From: a virus
Lineage: Duplodnaviria; Caudoviricetes
DNA: 59,231 bases
Strand: one strand, 5' to 3'
IMG/VR virus record: IMGVR_UViG_3300050015_000289
Location: 1 to 59,231 of that record
Position numbers and translations under genes: made by a program. This document shows positions 38,933 to 47,871 of the stretch, in pieces; position 1 is the stretch's first letter; the number at the start of each line of letters is the position of its first letter. The notes below the pieces were generated by a model. That model saw only the letters and a list, made by a program, of their open reading frames with translations. It did not search any database and was not told the origin of the DNA.

Positions 38933-39877
38933 TTATAGACTTCCATAGGTACTACCAAGTTCCGAACTCAACAGAGTGCTGAGTATAGCATCAAAAGCTG
39001 TTACACTAGCGGCAGGCACTGCGATAGTAAGGTGACGAGGTGACTGTTGAACTGCATGATTATGTTCGTCGCCATCATAGAAGTCGATCTCATACAGCGT
39101 GTAAGTTGTACCATCGACAACATCTGATTGTATCGCAAAATCATATGGATACATCAATCCACGATATGTGTCACCGAAGGCACCACGAGTCTGCCATTCC
39201 AGATCTTTAATGAAATTTAAAGAACATGGATTAGGGGTGTACCCAGTAAGTGCTATCACCATTGTAGCACCAAGGACGAGGGTACTTGCAGTATATTCGC
39301 TAGCTTTCACTGCGAATTCAATTGCACGACCATCTTTCTTTCCTACCACAAACGGTAACGCAGTAGACTGCAGAGTAATAACTGCCGCATTAGGAGTAAT
39401 AGTGAACCATGATTGACCCATCTTGGTCTGTGCGGCCTTCAAGTTATTAGCAAGAGCTAATGCGATAGACGTGGTGGTATCACCAGTGACGGCTGTGTAT
39501 GATCCGTTTAGGAACATAACATCATCTTTGCCTAGAGATCCGTCATTCCAAATTCTGATCATAATCTCATACAGATCGCCAACAACTGCGGCACCTACCG
39601 TAACGGTAGCAGATGGTAATGTTTCACCAGTGGGACTAACCTTTTTGAAATATGTAATCTTTTCAGGATTAATGGTGTCCGATTTACGAACGCGACCATC
39701 CAGATGTTTTACATAAACTGCAAATTTATCTTCCCCCGTAGGAGCATTACCATATTGGTTAAAAACCTGCCCCTCACCGGCTGACGCAGTTGCGACGAAG
39801 GTGGCGGCAGTTTGTTCTGAGGCTATTGCACTAAGAACAATGAGATCTCGTTCATTTCTAATTGAAAAAAGAGCCAT
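38933..39877 (-). CDS. Auxiliary capsid / abundant structural protein
   Basis: 314 aa, Ala/Thr/Val-rich; RKSDTI, DLEW..RG..GD.YR..YP; followed by a terminator as expected for an abundant protein. Confidence 0.65.
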   Translation of the reverse strand: MALFSIRNERDLIVLSAIASEQTAATFVATASAGEGQVFNQYGNAPTGEDKFAVYVKHLDGRVRKSDTINPEKITYFKKVSPTGETLPSATVTVGAAVVGDLYEIMIRIWNDGSLGKDDVMFLNGSYTAVTGDTTTSIALALANNLKAAQTKMGQSWFTITPNAAVITLQSTALPFVVGKKDGRAIEFAVKASEYTASTLVLGATMVIALTGYTPNPCSLNFIKDLEWQTRGAFGDTYRGLMYPYDFAIQSDVVDGTTYTLYEIDFYDGDEHNHAVQQSPRHLTIAVPAASVTAFDAILSTLLSSELGSTYGSL

Positions 39878-39919
39878 AATGTATAATTATTAAATTGTGA
39901 TTTTATTATTTATATCTTT

Positions 39920-40651
39920 TTAACTGTTTATGGATAAGTTTGACGCAGCAACTTTCGCATTGGGATCATCGGTTTTTGACATATATCCCAGGACTATCGC
40001 TGCATCAAGTATCTTCTCGTGAAGCATATCCAATGGAGCGGTAGCATTTAAATTGTTATTAGTCGAGACACCTTCTATTGATGCATCTTCCAAAGAATCT
40101 GTAACTATAAATGGTGGAATCTTTGATATATATTTGAGATAATATCGCGGGGAATCGGTAACCTGAATATCTGTTATTATCTCAGAATATTTCTTAGTAA
40201 CTCCACCATCCACAAGTGTTATACTGTCGCGCCATGCATATCCTCGTTCTGAAGCCCTAAAAGGATTATCGAAGGAATAATATGCCTCATCATCTTTCAG
40301 TGGCTTAATCTTTCTTAGAATGGCGTTATCGGCATCCCTGATAGACTCCGCAACAACATATAAGACATCATCTGGTAGCTCAAAGACTATACTATCTGCC
40401 CTCACCAGTAATGAGGGATCTGCTGCAAATATAGTACCTATCTGTGCTGACTTGGTTATAGAAAGCAACTGTTTCTTGATCTTTTCATTTCTATCATAAG
40501 AGACCATAATCTGCTTAACGATATCATTGGCAGCCTTGGTGAGCAACAGAGACTTCTCATATTCGTCAAATACAGCTAATGACACGTTTTTTGTCTGAGC
40601 GTATCTGTTGGATAGAACATCCATTGCATCTGATAGTTCGCTATATGTCAT
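39920..40651 (-). CDS. Tail ring protein
   Basis: DEYEKSLLLTKA..LHEKILDAA; paralogous to 40651-41382. Confidence 0.65.
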   Translation of the reverse strand: MTYSELSDAMDVLSNRYAQTKNVSLAVFDEYEKSLLLTKAANDIVKQIMVSYDRNEKIKKQLLSITKSAQIGTIFAADPSLLVRADSIVFELPDDVLYVVAESIRDADNAILRKIKPLKDDEAYYSFDNPFRASERGYAWRDSITLVDGGVTKKYSEIITDIQVTDSPRYYLKYISKIPPFIVTDSLEDASIEGVSTNNNLNATAPLDMLHEKILDAAIVLGYMSKTDDPNAKVAASNLSINS

Positions 40652-41382
40652 TATTCGTTTCTTTGATCAAGTTGTAACATCCCAGCATAATCGCCCGCAT
40701 AATCTACACGACAGATCTCAATTGCCCTATCCAATATCTCATCGTGTATCTCAGGTGGAAGAGCACATTCAGTTATGGCAGTAAGTCCCCCTATCTGTAG
40801 AGGAGAAGATAACGTGCCAACAATGATGGGAGTAGGTCTTTTAATATACCTTGCAGTATATGTAAATGGCTTCGTCTTGTCTATGTTAGACTTTGGAATT
40901 ATCTCTACTATAATATTACCACTAATATTTCCACCCTTTACTATTCTCCATGACTGTCTCTTAGGCGGACTAGTATAAGCCTTAGATAATATCCTTTCAA
41001 GATCTTTATATTCTATTGGAAAGACAGATGTCAACACATCAATTTCATCCTGCGTTTGATATAAAAACCTCTCATTTAATATAAACAAAACATCATCATC
41101 TATTCTAAATATAAGACCGTTATCCGTAAAAGGTGTTCCACCATTTTCCGTAGATAATGAAACGGTATTAGTGACAGAAGAGAAGTCGATATGCCTTTTC
41201 TCTGACATATCGAATCCCTCTGCATATTTATTCCCCTTAGGATTAAAATAGTTACTCAAGATCTGCTCCTGTGCCGTAGTGAGGTACATTGACTTTTCAT
41301 AGTCATTTAACCCGTAGGCAAGATTACTATTGATCTGAGAAAACCGTGTTTCAAACCTCTGGGAAAATTCGGCTACGTTCAT
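40651..41382 (-). CDS. Tail ring protein
   Basis: NDYEKSMYLTTAQ..RYIKRPTPII..CALPPEIHDEILDRA. Confidence 0.7.
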   Translation of the reverse strand: MNVAEFSQRFETRFSQINSNLAYGLNDYEKSMYLTTAQEQILSNYFNPKGNKYAEGFDMSEKRHIDFSSVTNTVSLSTENGGTPFTDNGLIFRIDDDVLFILNERFLYQTQDEIDVLTSVFPIEYKDLERILSKAYTSPPKRQSWRIVKGGNISGNIIVEIIPKSNIDKTKPFTYTARYIKRPTPIIVGTLSSPLQIGGLTAITECALPPEIHDEILDRAIEICRVDYAGDYAGMLQLDQRNE

Positions 41383-42257
41383 TGATTGGCTATTGCTATT
41401 CTGTTTTCTATCTTTAGTCGAATTGGTTGATTGACGGGAGCATCAATGAAATTGGCGGCGGCGGCAAGTGAGGCATTACCCTCAGTTGACAGTGGCTTGC
41501 CTTCATCAGTATAATACTGACCATCGACAAACCTTACAGCACCACATCTTACACCTTTATCAATCAACATTTTAGTCTTAAGTTGTTTATCGCTAGCAAC
41601 CTGAACGAATTCCTTGGTCTGACCTTCTATGATATCTCCCATCCAACCCTGGAGAGTAGATAACTTGGTACTCTCAGAAACATTTGCGCCCCTGACAACC
41701 TTACAGATATATCCAAGTACATCACGATCTTCCTCAAATCTTCCGTATAACTTATATGCTTCTTGTTTGGCGGTAAGCTTACGATGACTTTCTTGTTCTC
41801 TTTCACCATCTCTTACTGCATAAAACATATATGTCACCCTGTTATTAACTTCATCAATAGAAGGGGCTACAATATTCTCATGAGATAAAACAACCTTGGC
41901 TTTTATATAATCCTCTGGAGATGATAGATCGAAAAAGTTTTCACCCTTCTCTAGTTTTATCTTAATAGAATCCCAATAGTTATTTTCCTTTTTGTAAACA
42001 CTAAGTCCATCTTTTCCAAGACCCATATAGTCTTCCAAAAAAGCTTTTTCATCATTGGTTAATACATTCTTATAGTCACCATTTTTCAGTAATGGGGTGG
42101 ACAGTATCCTACAGGCACCCTCCATCATTCCACCATACAAAATATGTTTTGGATTAGTAATAAACCCTCTTGGACGAGGATAAAATTTAATCACCAATCT
42201 CTTTTGTTCTAAACAATTCGTCAGCGTCTGTTCTTCCTTATTATCATTCTTTGCCAT
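41379..42257 (-). CDS. Conserved crAss-like protein downstream of the major capsid gene
   Basis: 292 aa; FDLSSPEDYIK..VAPS..YMFY; synteny. Confidence 0.65.
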   Translation of the reverse strand: MAKNDNKEEQTLTNCLEQKRLVIKFYPRPRGFITNPKHILYGGMMEGACRILSTPLLKNGDYKNVLTNDEKAFLEDYMGLGKDGLSVYKKENNYWDSIKIKLEKGENFFDLSSPEDYIKAKVVLSHENIVAPSIDEVNNRVTYMFYAVRDGEREQESHRKLTAKQEAYKLYGRFEEDRDVLGYICKVVRGANVSESTKLSTLQGWMGDIIEGQTKEFVQVASDKQLKTKMLIDKGVRCGAVRFVDGQYYTDEGKPLSTEGNASLAAAANFIDAPVNQPIRLKIENRIAIANQ

Positions 42258-42269
42258 ATGATATTTTTA

Positions 42270-42303
42270 AAAATAAAACAAATGGAAGGGGTTGCCCCCT
42301 TCC
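42270..42303 (-). terminator. Intrinsic terminator/attenuator after the major capsid gene
   Basis: Minus strand reads GGAAGGGG-GCAA-CCCCTTCC-ATTTGTTTTATTTT (8-bp stem, GNRA loop, imperfect U tract). Confidence 0.8.
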
Positions 42304-42310
42304 TTGTTAA

Positions 42311-43825
42311 TTATGCAAGCTCAATAGGTATTAAACTAGCCGTACGAGACGGATCTAAAACCAAAGCACCAAGAGTACACTGTTTGTGAATAACAGCCTT
42401 GTCTTCATCGAATGACATATTGTCATTGTTGATAGCACCAGTAAAAGGATTACGGAAACCCCATTGATAACCACGAATTTCTTCCTGCCCTTTAATCTTG
42501 GCAATCTGAATATTCGGCTCATCCATAGTACCAATGTAGAGAATATCATAACGATATGACTCTGCAGGTATGATAACTGATCCACGAAAATCAGATGCAT
42601 AGATCTTATTACGTACTGGATCATCATAGAAAGGATCTACCTCAACACTTACAATGACACCATTGGGGGCACGCCATTCAACGAACTGGAACCCAACAGA
42701 CAATGCATTGTCATGTAATTGAGACGACACACTCTTAATGGAAGCACCATTCTCGAAACGAGATCCGGTGGTTACGCTTCCCAGCCATCCTGTAGCTATG
42801 TCAGTGATTGCTTTATGAAATTGAGCTGCACCACCTTCACCCGTTCTTAACATAAACCGACGTTCACCCATACCTAACTTAGCATGAGCTAAACTGTAAA
42901 GCATATCTTCAATCAATTTGATTGAGAATTTGCCATAATATTGGGTGTTAGAAACCTCCATTTGTTCACGAATACCAGAACCCATCTTGATGACGTTACC
43001 AGACTTACCAATATTCTGATATTCACCAGCCTGGTCACGGTTAGACCTTGAATAGATGATGGCGTGATTCTTCTCTTCAGAAAATTCCTCTTCTAGTTTA
43101 AAGTCAACGTAGTGCATCCACCCATTCATAACGGTTTTGTTACCAGCTTTGTCAACAACAGGGATACCCATCTGGATCTTCATGTCATCAATATTACCTG
43201 GAACTTCGTGTTTTATACGAAGAGTAGTCCATTCATTACGCATAGATGTAGGAGAGGTAAAATGAATATCACCAACTTGGCGAGACATTTTCTCTTCTAC
43301 TGGAGAGAAGTCTTTAGAGAACTTCTTACCTGCGACAAGTTCGGCACCTGGCATACCACCAGTAACATTACCCAGTAATTCTACTGTGTATACTGCATAC
43401 ATACCATCAGGACGACCATCGCCAATAACACGTAATGGATATAATTCATTCTTTTCTCCAACGATCTGATTCCCATCAGCAAACCAATCTTCCGCAAAAT
43501 ACAGGTCGAACCGTGTATTAACAGCACCTACACCATTGTCACTACCCGTAATAGTTGATCCAGCACTTACTGCCTTCACCAACTGAATGTTACGCCTAGA
43601 TGATCCGATAAGTTGCCATACAAATTCGTCAGATGTGTCAAAATATTTGGTTGGAAATTGGGAGAGATAGTTCTCCAACGATTTACCACGATTATAGGCC
43701 AGGAGTTGTATCATATTCTTGGCAGCCGCTTGAGGTTGCCCGTGAAAGATGGCCCTAACATGGTTTTTGTCGGTAAGTCCCTGCCACGCCTTAGGGGCAG
43801 TCATTTGAAATTTACCTAAACTCAT
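42311..43825 (-). CDS. Major capsid protein (crAss-like, HK97 fold)
   Basis: 504 aa; WQGLTDKNH, MRNEWTTLR, IKMGSGIREQM, RTGEGGAAQF, GFQFVEW.APNG, YDDP, ESYRY. Confidence 0.9.
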   Translation of the reverse strand: MSLGKFQMTAPKAWQGLTDKNHVRAIFHGQPQAAAKNMIQLLAYNRGKSLENYLSQFPTKYFDTSDEFVWQLIGSSRRNIQLVKAVSAGSTITGSDNGVGAVNTRFDLYFAEDWFADGNQIVGEKNELYPLRVIGDGRPDGMYAVYTVELLGNVTGGMPGAELVAGKKFSKDFSPVEEKMSRQVGDIHFTSPTSMRNEWTTLRIKHEVPGNIDDMKIQMGIPVVDKAGNKTVMNGWMHYVDFKLEEEFSEEKNHAIIYSRSNRDQAGEYQNIGKSGNVIKMGSGIREQMEVSNTQYYGKFSIKLIEDMLYSLAHAKLGMGERRFMLRTGEGGAAQFHKAITDIATGWLGSVTTGSRFENGASIKSVSSQLHDNALSVGFQFVEWRAPNGVIVSVEVDPFYDDPVRNKIYASDFRGSVIIPAESYRYDILYIGTMDEPNIQIAKIKGQEEIRGYQWGFRNPFTGAINNDNMSFDEDKAVIHKQCTLGALVLDPSRTASLIPIELA

Positions 43826-43854
43826 AGTTAATTAATTAAAATTTAAAAAAATTG

Positions 43855-44952
43855 TTAAGCCTCCTCGTCAAATTTATAATCGCGAATTCCATAAATCGCT
43901 GCGTCATCATGTTCGGGGGTGGAGACGTTCCCCAATGAATCAAAGTTCGTTGAATTCAATACTGACTCTAATTCTCTAGCCGCTTTCGTTTTAGCTTTTG
44001 TGGTAACAAAGGTATCAAATTTTTTAAAACCATCTGTTATTGCATACAGCCATGCCATTTTATGCTGGAAATCAATTGGATTCTCCATCTGATATTTGGT
44101 TATAGCATTTACCAACGTGCCATCTTCTGTTTTAGCAACTGGCTTTGTTATAACACTATACATCTTGTCTTTCAACTGTCTGGTAATCTCAAATGTTTCC
44201 CCTATTTTATCAGTATTGTAAAATGAATTTCTTAAAGATTCTTCGTATTCTTTTTGTTGTTTTATATTTTCCTCATATAATGTCTTCTGATATTCAAATT
44301 CCTGTTGATTCCTATATTGTATTGCAGCCCTGATCTCGTTTCTTGCAGCCTTAGCCTCTTCTACATCTTCTGCGAGATCTATGTGCATCTGAGCCATCTT
44401 CTCTGCTTTAGCCTGTGTTATACCCTTTGCAACATAACCGTCAATTATAATATTCTTCCTTAACTCTTCATTGCTCTCGATGAGATCGTCAGTAATGGAA
44501 TCTATAGATTGCTCAGTTCTCTTTGCCTCAACGAATGTCTCCGCAGGGATACCTTGATTCAATGCTTGAAGATACTGTTTCTGTAAATCATTGAGTTCGT
44601 TAACATTATCTAAACTAAATCCAAGTGACTCTGTTAAGGTTTTCTTGTTAGCCTGTTTAATCCTGTCACCCAACTTATCAAAACTATCAATAGCCTTGAC
44701 ATCTTCATCGTTGAGGTCGGGGAGGAATCCTTCTTCTCCAAGGGCTTTGGCTAAGGAAGAATATAGATTCGGCAAAGATTCACTTCCACTCTCGGTGGAT
44801 TCCTCGCCCTCGTCCTCTTCTTTGCCAACTACTTTCTCTGGAGTTGCCTCCTCGTTGGGTTTCTCTTCTTCTGATGGAGTAATATCCTCATCTATAAGAA
44901 CATACTCATCATCAAATATACTTGTATTCAAATTTTCCAATAAATTACTCAT
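43855..44952 (-). CDS. Acidic putative scaffolding protein upstream of the major capsid gene
   Basis: Very acidic N-terminus, coiled coil, directly upstream of the MCP. Confidence 0.65.
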   Translation of the reverse strand: MSNLLENLNTSIFDDEYVLIDEDITPSEEEKPNEEATPEKVVGKEEDEGEESTESGSESLPNLYSSLAKALGEEGFLPDLNDEDVKAIDSFDKLGDRIKQANKKTLTESLGFSLDNVNELNDLQKQYLQALNQGIPAETFVEAKRTEQSIDSITDDLIESNEELRKNIIIDGYVAKGITQAKAEKMAQMHIDLAEDVEEAKAARNEIRAAIQYRNQQEFEYQKTLYEENIKQQKEYEESLRNSFYNTDKIGETFEITRQLKDKMYSVITKPVAKTEDGTLVNAITKYQMENPIDFQHKMAWLYAITDGFKKFDTFVTTKAKTKAARELESVLNSTNFDSLGNVSTPEHDDAAIYGIRDYKFDEEA

Positions 44953-44973
44953 GCCGAATTCTTTTTAATGGTA

Positions 44974-44981
44974 CAAAGATA
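44974..44981 (-). promoter_or_regulatory. Bacteroidota -7 promoter element for the capsid operon
   Basis: TATCTTTG 21 nt upstream of the ATG; no -33 match at the N20 spacing. Confidence 0.55.
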
Positions 44982-45061
44982 ACAAAATTTTTTCTGATAA
45001 TGTATATGAATGGAACGCATATAGTCAATTGAGCCCCATCTATCGCTAAAATATATGATAG

Positions 45062-45559
45062 TCAAGAATAGCATTCTTCTGGATATGGTGTCCCATCGCT
45101 AAAAAATAATTTTTTGTAATATTTACTGATGAAATTACCGTTATTTTTCAAGGCTTCTATCGCATTCCTATCATGAATTTTATTAATAATCCGTTCTGAT
45201 CTATGTGTCCCTTTTGTGGAACGATGTTTACCTATCTGTGATATAGACATTTTTTGCCTGGTTTTGTCAGAAACTATCACATTAATAGTACCCTCTCCGC
45301 CATCTGTCAAATTACAAAGAGTTCCATTTCCCAAATTGGCTCTTCCGTGAAAATTAATAAGTTCTTTTTCTTTAACACATGCCTCATCCCATGATATATC
45401 GCTTAATAGTATTTCTACTATATATCCATATTTTTTAACAATCCTCTTCCACCATTCACTCCTATGCTGTATAACATATGCCCTACGTTCTGATCTACCT
45501 ATCCCGACATAGAAAACATCACCTGTATCTTTTCTCTTATGGATATATACTACTGCCAT
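45062..45559 (-). CDS. GIY-YIG-like free-standing homing endonuclease, paralogue of 38239-38826
   Basis: VVYIH..FYVGIG..RAY..LCNLTDGGEG; SDKTRQKMS. Confidence 0.85.
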   Translation of the reverse strand: MAVVYIHKRKDTGDVFYVGIGRSERRAYVIQHRSEWWKRIVKKYGYIVEILLSDISWDEACVKEKELINFHGRANLGNGTLCNLTDGGEGTINVIVSDKTRQKMSISQIGKHRSTKGTHRSERIINKIHDRNAIEALKNNGNFISKYYKKLFFSDGTPYPEECYS

Positions 45560-45562
45560 GCT

Positions 45563-46099
45563 CTATATGATTTTACCTATCCACCCAATCAGGTCGAATA
45601 TCCCAAATTTTTTTAATAGGACTACTATGCCAACAGCCAATTCAGCAATAAACAACCAAAATGTAAACTTATAAAACTTGGGAATAAACTTAACGGGGGT
45701 AACCTTATTAATCACTGTCTCTCGTATAGCTCCCGGTATCTTCAGTGTATCAGTATGGGGAAAGAGCATGCTTGGCTTATTTATCCAAGCATATAGATCT
45801 AATTTACTATTAGATATGGAAGCAGTGGCAGATACAATACCAAATGTTTTAGTCACTGGAGCCATAGTAGCAATACCATCTTTAACGTAGACAGTCTCCT
45901 TAATCTTTACGGTGTCAGATGGTAGTTTAACGGTAACAGTGTCATGAACTAAAATGGTGGTATCTTTCTTGGTAGAAGTGGAACTGACAGTAGTTCCACA
46001 TACCTGTGCAAATCGTTGGCAGTTACGACCTATTTTAGCGTCTGTGAGACACGATCCCATTGTCAGCAATAGTAATAGTCCGATTAATAATTTCTTCAT
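45563..46099 (-). CDS. Unimolecular spanin candidate
   Basis: Lipoprotein signal MKKLLIGLLLLLTMGS-C, beta-rich middle, C-terminal TM helix FTFWLFIAELAVGIVVLL; last gene of the lysis cassette. Confidence 0.75.
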   Translation of the reverse strand: MKKLLIGLLLLLTMGSCLTDAKIGRNCQRFAQVCGTTVSSTSTKKDTTILVHDTVTVKLPSDTVKIKETVYVKDGIATMAPVTKTFGIVSATASISNSKLDLYAWINKPSMLFPHTDTLKIPGAIRETVINKVTPVKFIPKFYKFTFWLFIAELAVGIVVLLKKFGIFDLIGWIGKII

Positions 46100-46100
46100 G

Positions 46101-46370
46101 TTATTTGCCCTTATTTTGTTCTTCGTATATATTGGATGGGTCTTTTATGGTGAACTGTGAAGCCACACCAACACCTGCACCATATGCTATGACATATTTG
46201 ATGATAGTCATAGCTACATCATCAAGTCCAAGATTCATCGTGGTATTTGCCACCCATACGGCAGTACACGAACTGACGACGATTAAGGCTACCTTCCTCA
46301 CCTGAGACCAGAAAAAAGGTATCTCTGCCTTCCACCGTATAATCAGCTCCTTTAAAAAAGTTATTTTCAT
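46101..46370 (-). CDS. Holin candidate (2 TM)
   Basis: 89 aa, two hydrophobic helices, charged C-terminus; lies between endolysin and spanin. Confidence 0.65.
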   Translation of the reverse strand: MKITFLKELIIRWKAEIPFFWSQVRKVALIVVSSCTAVWVANTTMNLGLDDVAMTIIKYVIAYGAGVGVASQFTIKDPSNIYEEQNKGK

Positions 46371-46380
46371 AGTTTAATTT

Positions 46381-46866
46381 TTAGTCGAAGAATTTAATTT
46401 CTCCTGTTGTATATAATAATGCCTCAGACTTTCTTCGATTAATTAGACCTTGGCTAACTTTTCCGCCTGCCTTATTCCATAATAGAAAAGCCTCAGTTAT
46501 ATCTCCTATTCCCAGCTTTATCCTTTTTAACAGGGTAGATGTTAAAAAAGCACCCCATCCAACGTTATAAATGAAATCTATCAGCGCATCGAACTGATCC
46601 TGATTAATATCAATATTGGTCCTACTTAGTTTACCCTCCCTATCTGTAAGATCCATCCTTAATAGATTTTCTGCATCGTCTATATTAAAATTAGGATACA
46701 AACTAAATGCAAGATCCTTATCTTCAGGACCCTTTAATTGGTTGCCATTATTAACGATTGCGTGACCATATCCTATGGTCCATACTTTAGCCACGTCCAT
46801 ATATGGATGTAAAACACATCCCTCATAATTCTTTAGTAATTTAATTCCTACGTCGCTAGTTTTCAT
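46381..46866 (-). CDS. Endolysin, GH24 phage lysozyme
   Basis: YEGCVLHPYMDVAKVWTIGYGH (E-x8-D-x5-T), QFDAL.DF.YN.G, GLINRRKSE. Confidence 0.93.
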   Translation of the reverse strand: MKTSDVGIKLLKNYEGCVLHPYMDVAKVWTIGYGHAIVNNGNQLKGPEDKDLAFSLYPNFNIDDAENLLRMDLTDREGKLSRTNIDINQDQFDALIDFIYNVGWGAFLTSTLLKRIKLGIGDITEAFLLWNKAGGKVSQGLINRRKSEALLYTTGEIKFFD

Positions 46867-46878
46867 TGAATGTATTTT

Positions 46879-47376
46879 TTAGTGTACTCCTATACCAAAT
46901 ATATGATAAAGCAGGGCAAGAAATAAAGCTCCAGCAGCAGCTATGAACCATTTATTAGTATTTTTAACGTTATTCATTAAAATGATAACCTGAGCGTATC
47001 CATCCTCAAGCTTTTTTACCCTATCTTCCCTGACAGTATGTATCTCATTTTTTAGATCTTCAAAGTCTTTCTTGTCTACCTTATTTTTTTCTAGTTCTGA
47101 TATCTTCGAAGATAACCCATTTGTTAAATCCCTTATATCAGACCTGACATAATCCATTATCGTTTTTAACTCAATCAATAGATCATGGTCTTCTGCATCT
47201 TTTGCATTGACAACTTTTACTGCTACCGCCGCAGCTTCTAATACAACCTTAGCAGCTAATGATGCTGCATCTGCTATTAGCCTTACAGCATCCTCTGATG
47301 CTTGTCTCAACTCCTGTTTGTGCTGATCTAGTAAGATAGATATGTCAGCATCTTCATTCATTTTCTTAACTGCCAT
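46879..47376 (-). CDS. Coiled-coil protein with a C-terminal TM helix (lysis-associated?)
   Basis: Heptad-rich; ends WFIAAAGALFLALLYHIFGIG; directly upstream of the endolysin. Confidence 0.55.
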   Translation of the reverse strand: MAVKKMNEDADISILLDQHKQELRQASEDAVRLIADAASLAAKVVLEAAAVAVKVVNAKDAEDHDLLIELKTIMDYVRSDIRDLTNGLSSKISELEKNKVDKKDFEDLKNEIHTVREDRVKKLEDGYAQVIILMNNVKNTNKWFIAAAGALFLALLYHIFGIGVH

Positions 47377-47405
47377 GTTATAATATATTTAAACATTAGT
47401 ATTAT

Positions 47406-47807
47406 CTATTCTCCTAGTAATATTAATTGTAATATATTAGAGGTGTCGTATCCAAGTTCTACATTTGAAAGGGATTCCATGGAAATGTTTAATTTGAAAA
47501 AATCCACATCTGATACATCTTCTAAAAATTTATTCACTTCAGCGTTGTATTGTTTTGTCAAATCAGCTTTTGTCTCTATCTCATCAGTAGACAATTGATC
47601 TTTTTTTTCGTTTAACTTTCGAAGTTCATCTGGCATAAACTCACTAATCTCTTTTCTAAATGTCTGACATAGATCAGATACAAGTTTTAAATTTCTAGCT
47701 ACTACAGTATTCAAGCCCAGGCTTTTAACAGCAGACTTTCTAAGTTCCTCAACAGCGAGTCTTAAACCATTTTCAACCACAAAAATTTCACCATTTGTCA
47801 ATTTCAT
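47406..47807 (-). CDS. Hypothetical helical protein
   Basis: 133-aa ORF with its own promoter; no function recognised. Confidence 0.65.
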   Translation of the reverse strand: MKLTNGEIFVVENGLRLAVEELRKSAVKSLGLNTVVARNLKLVSDLCQTFRKEISEFMPDELRKLNEKKDQLSTDEIETKADLTKQYNAEVNKFLEDVSDVDFFKLNISMESLSNVELGYDTSNILQLILLGE

Positions 47808-47835
47808 ATTTTATATTTTATTATTAATAATTTTG

Positions 47836-47867
47836 CAAATATAGTCATTAATATTCTATTTTGCAAT
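47836..47867 (-). promoter_or_regulatory. Bacteroidota primary-sigma promoter for the lysis cassette
   Basis: ATTG-N20-TATATTTG. Confidence 0.65.
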
Positions 47868-47871
47868 AGCA

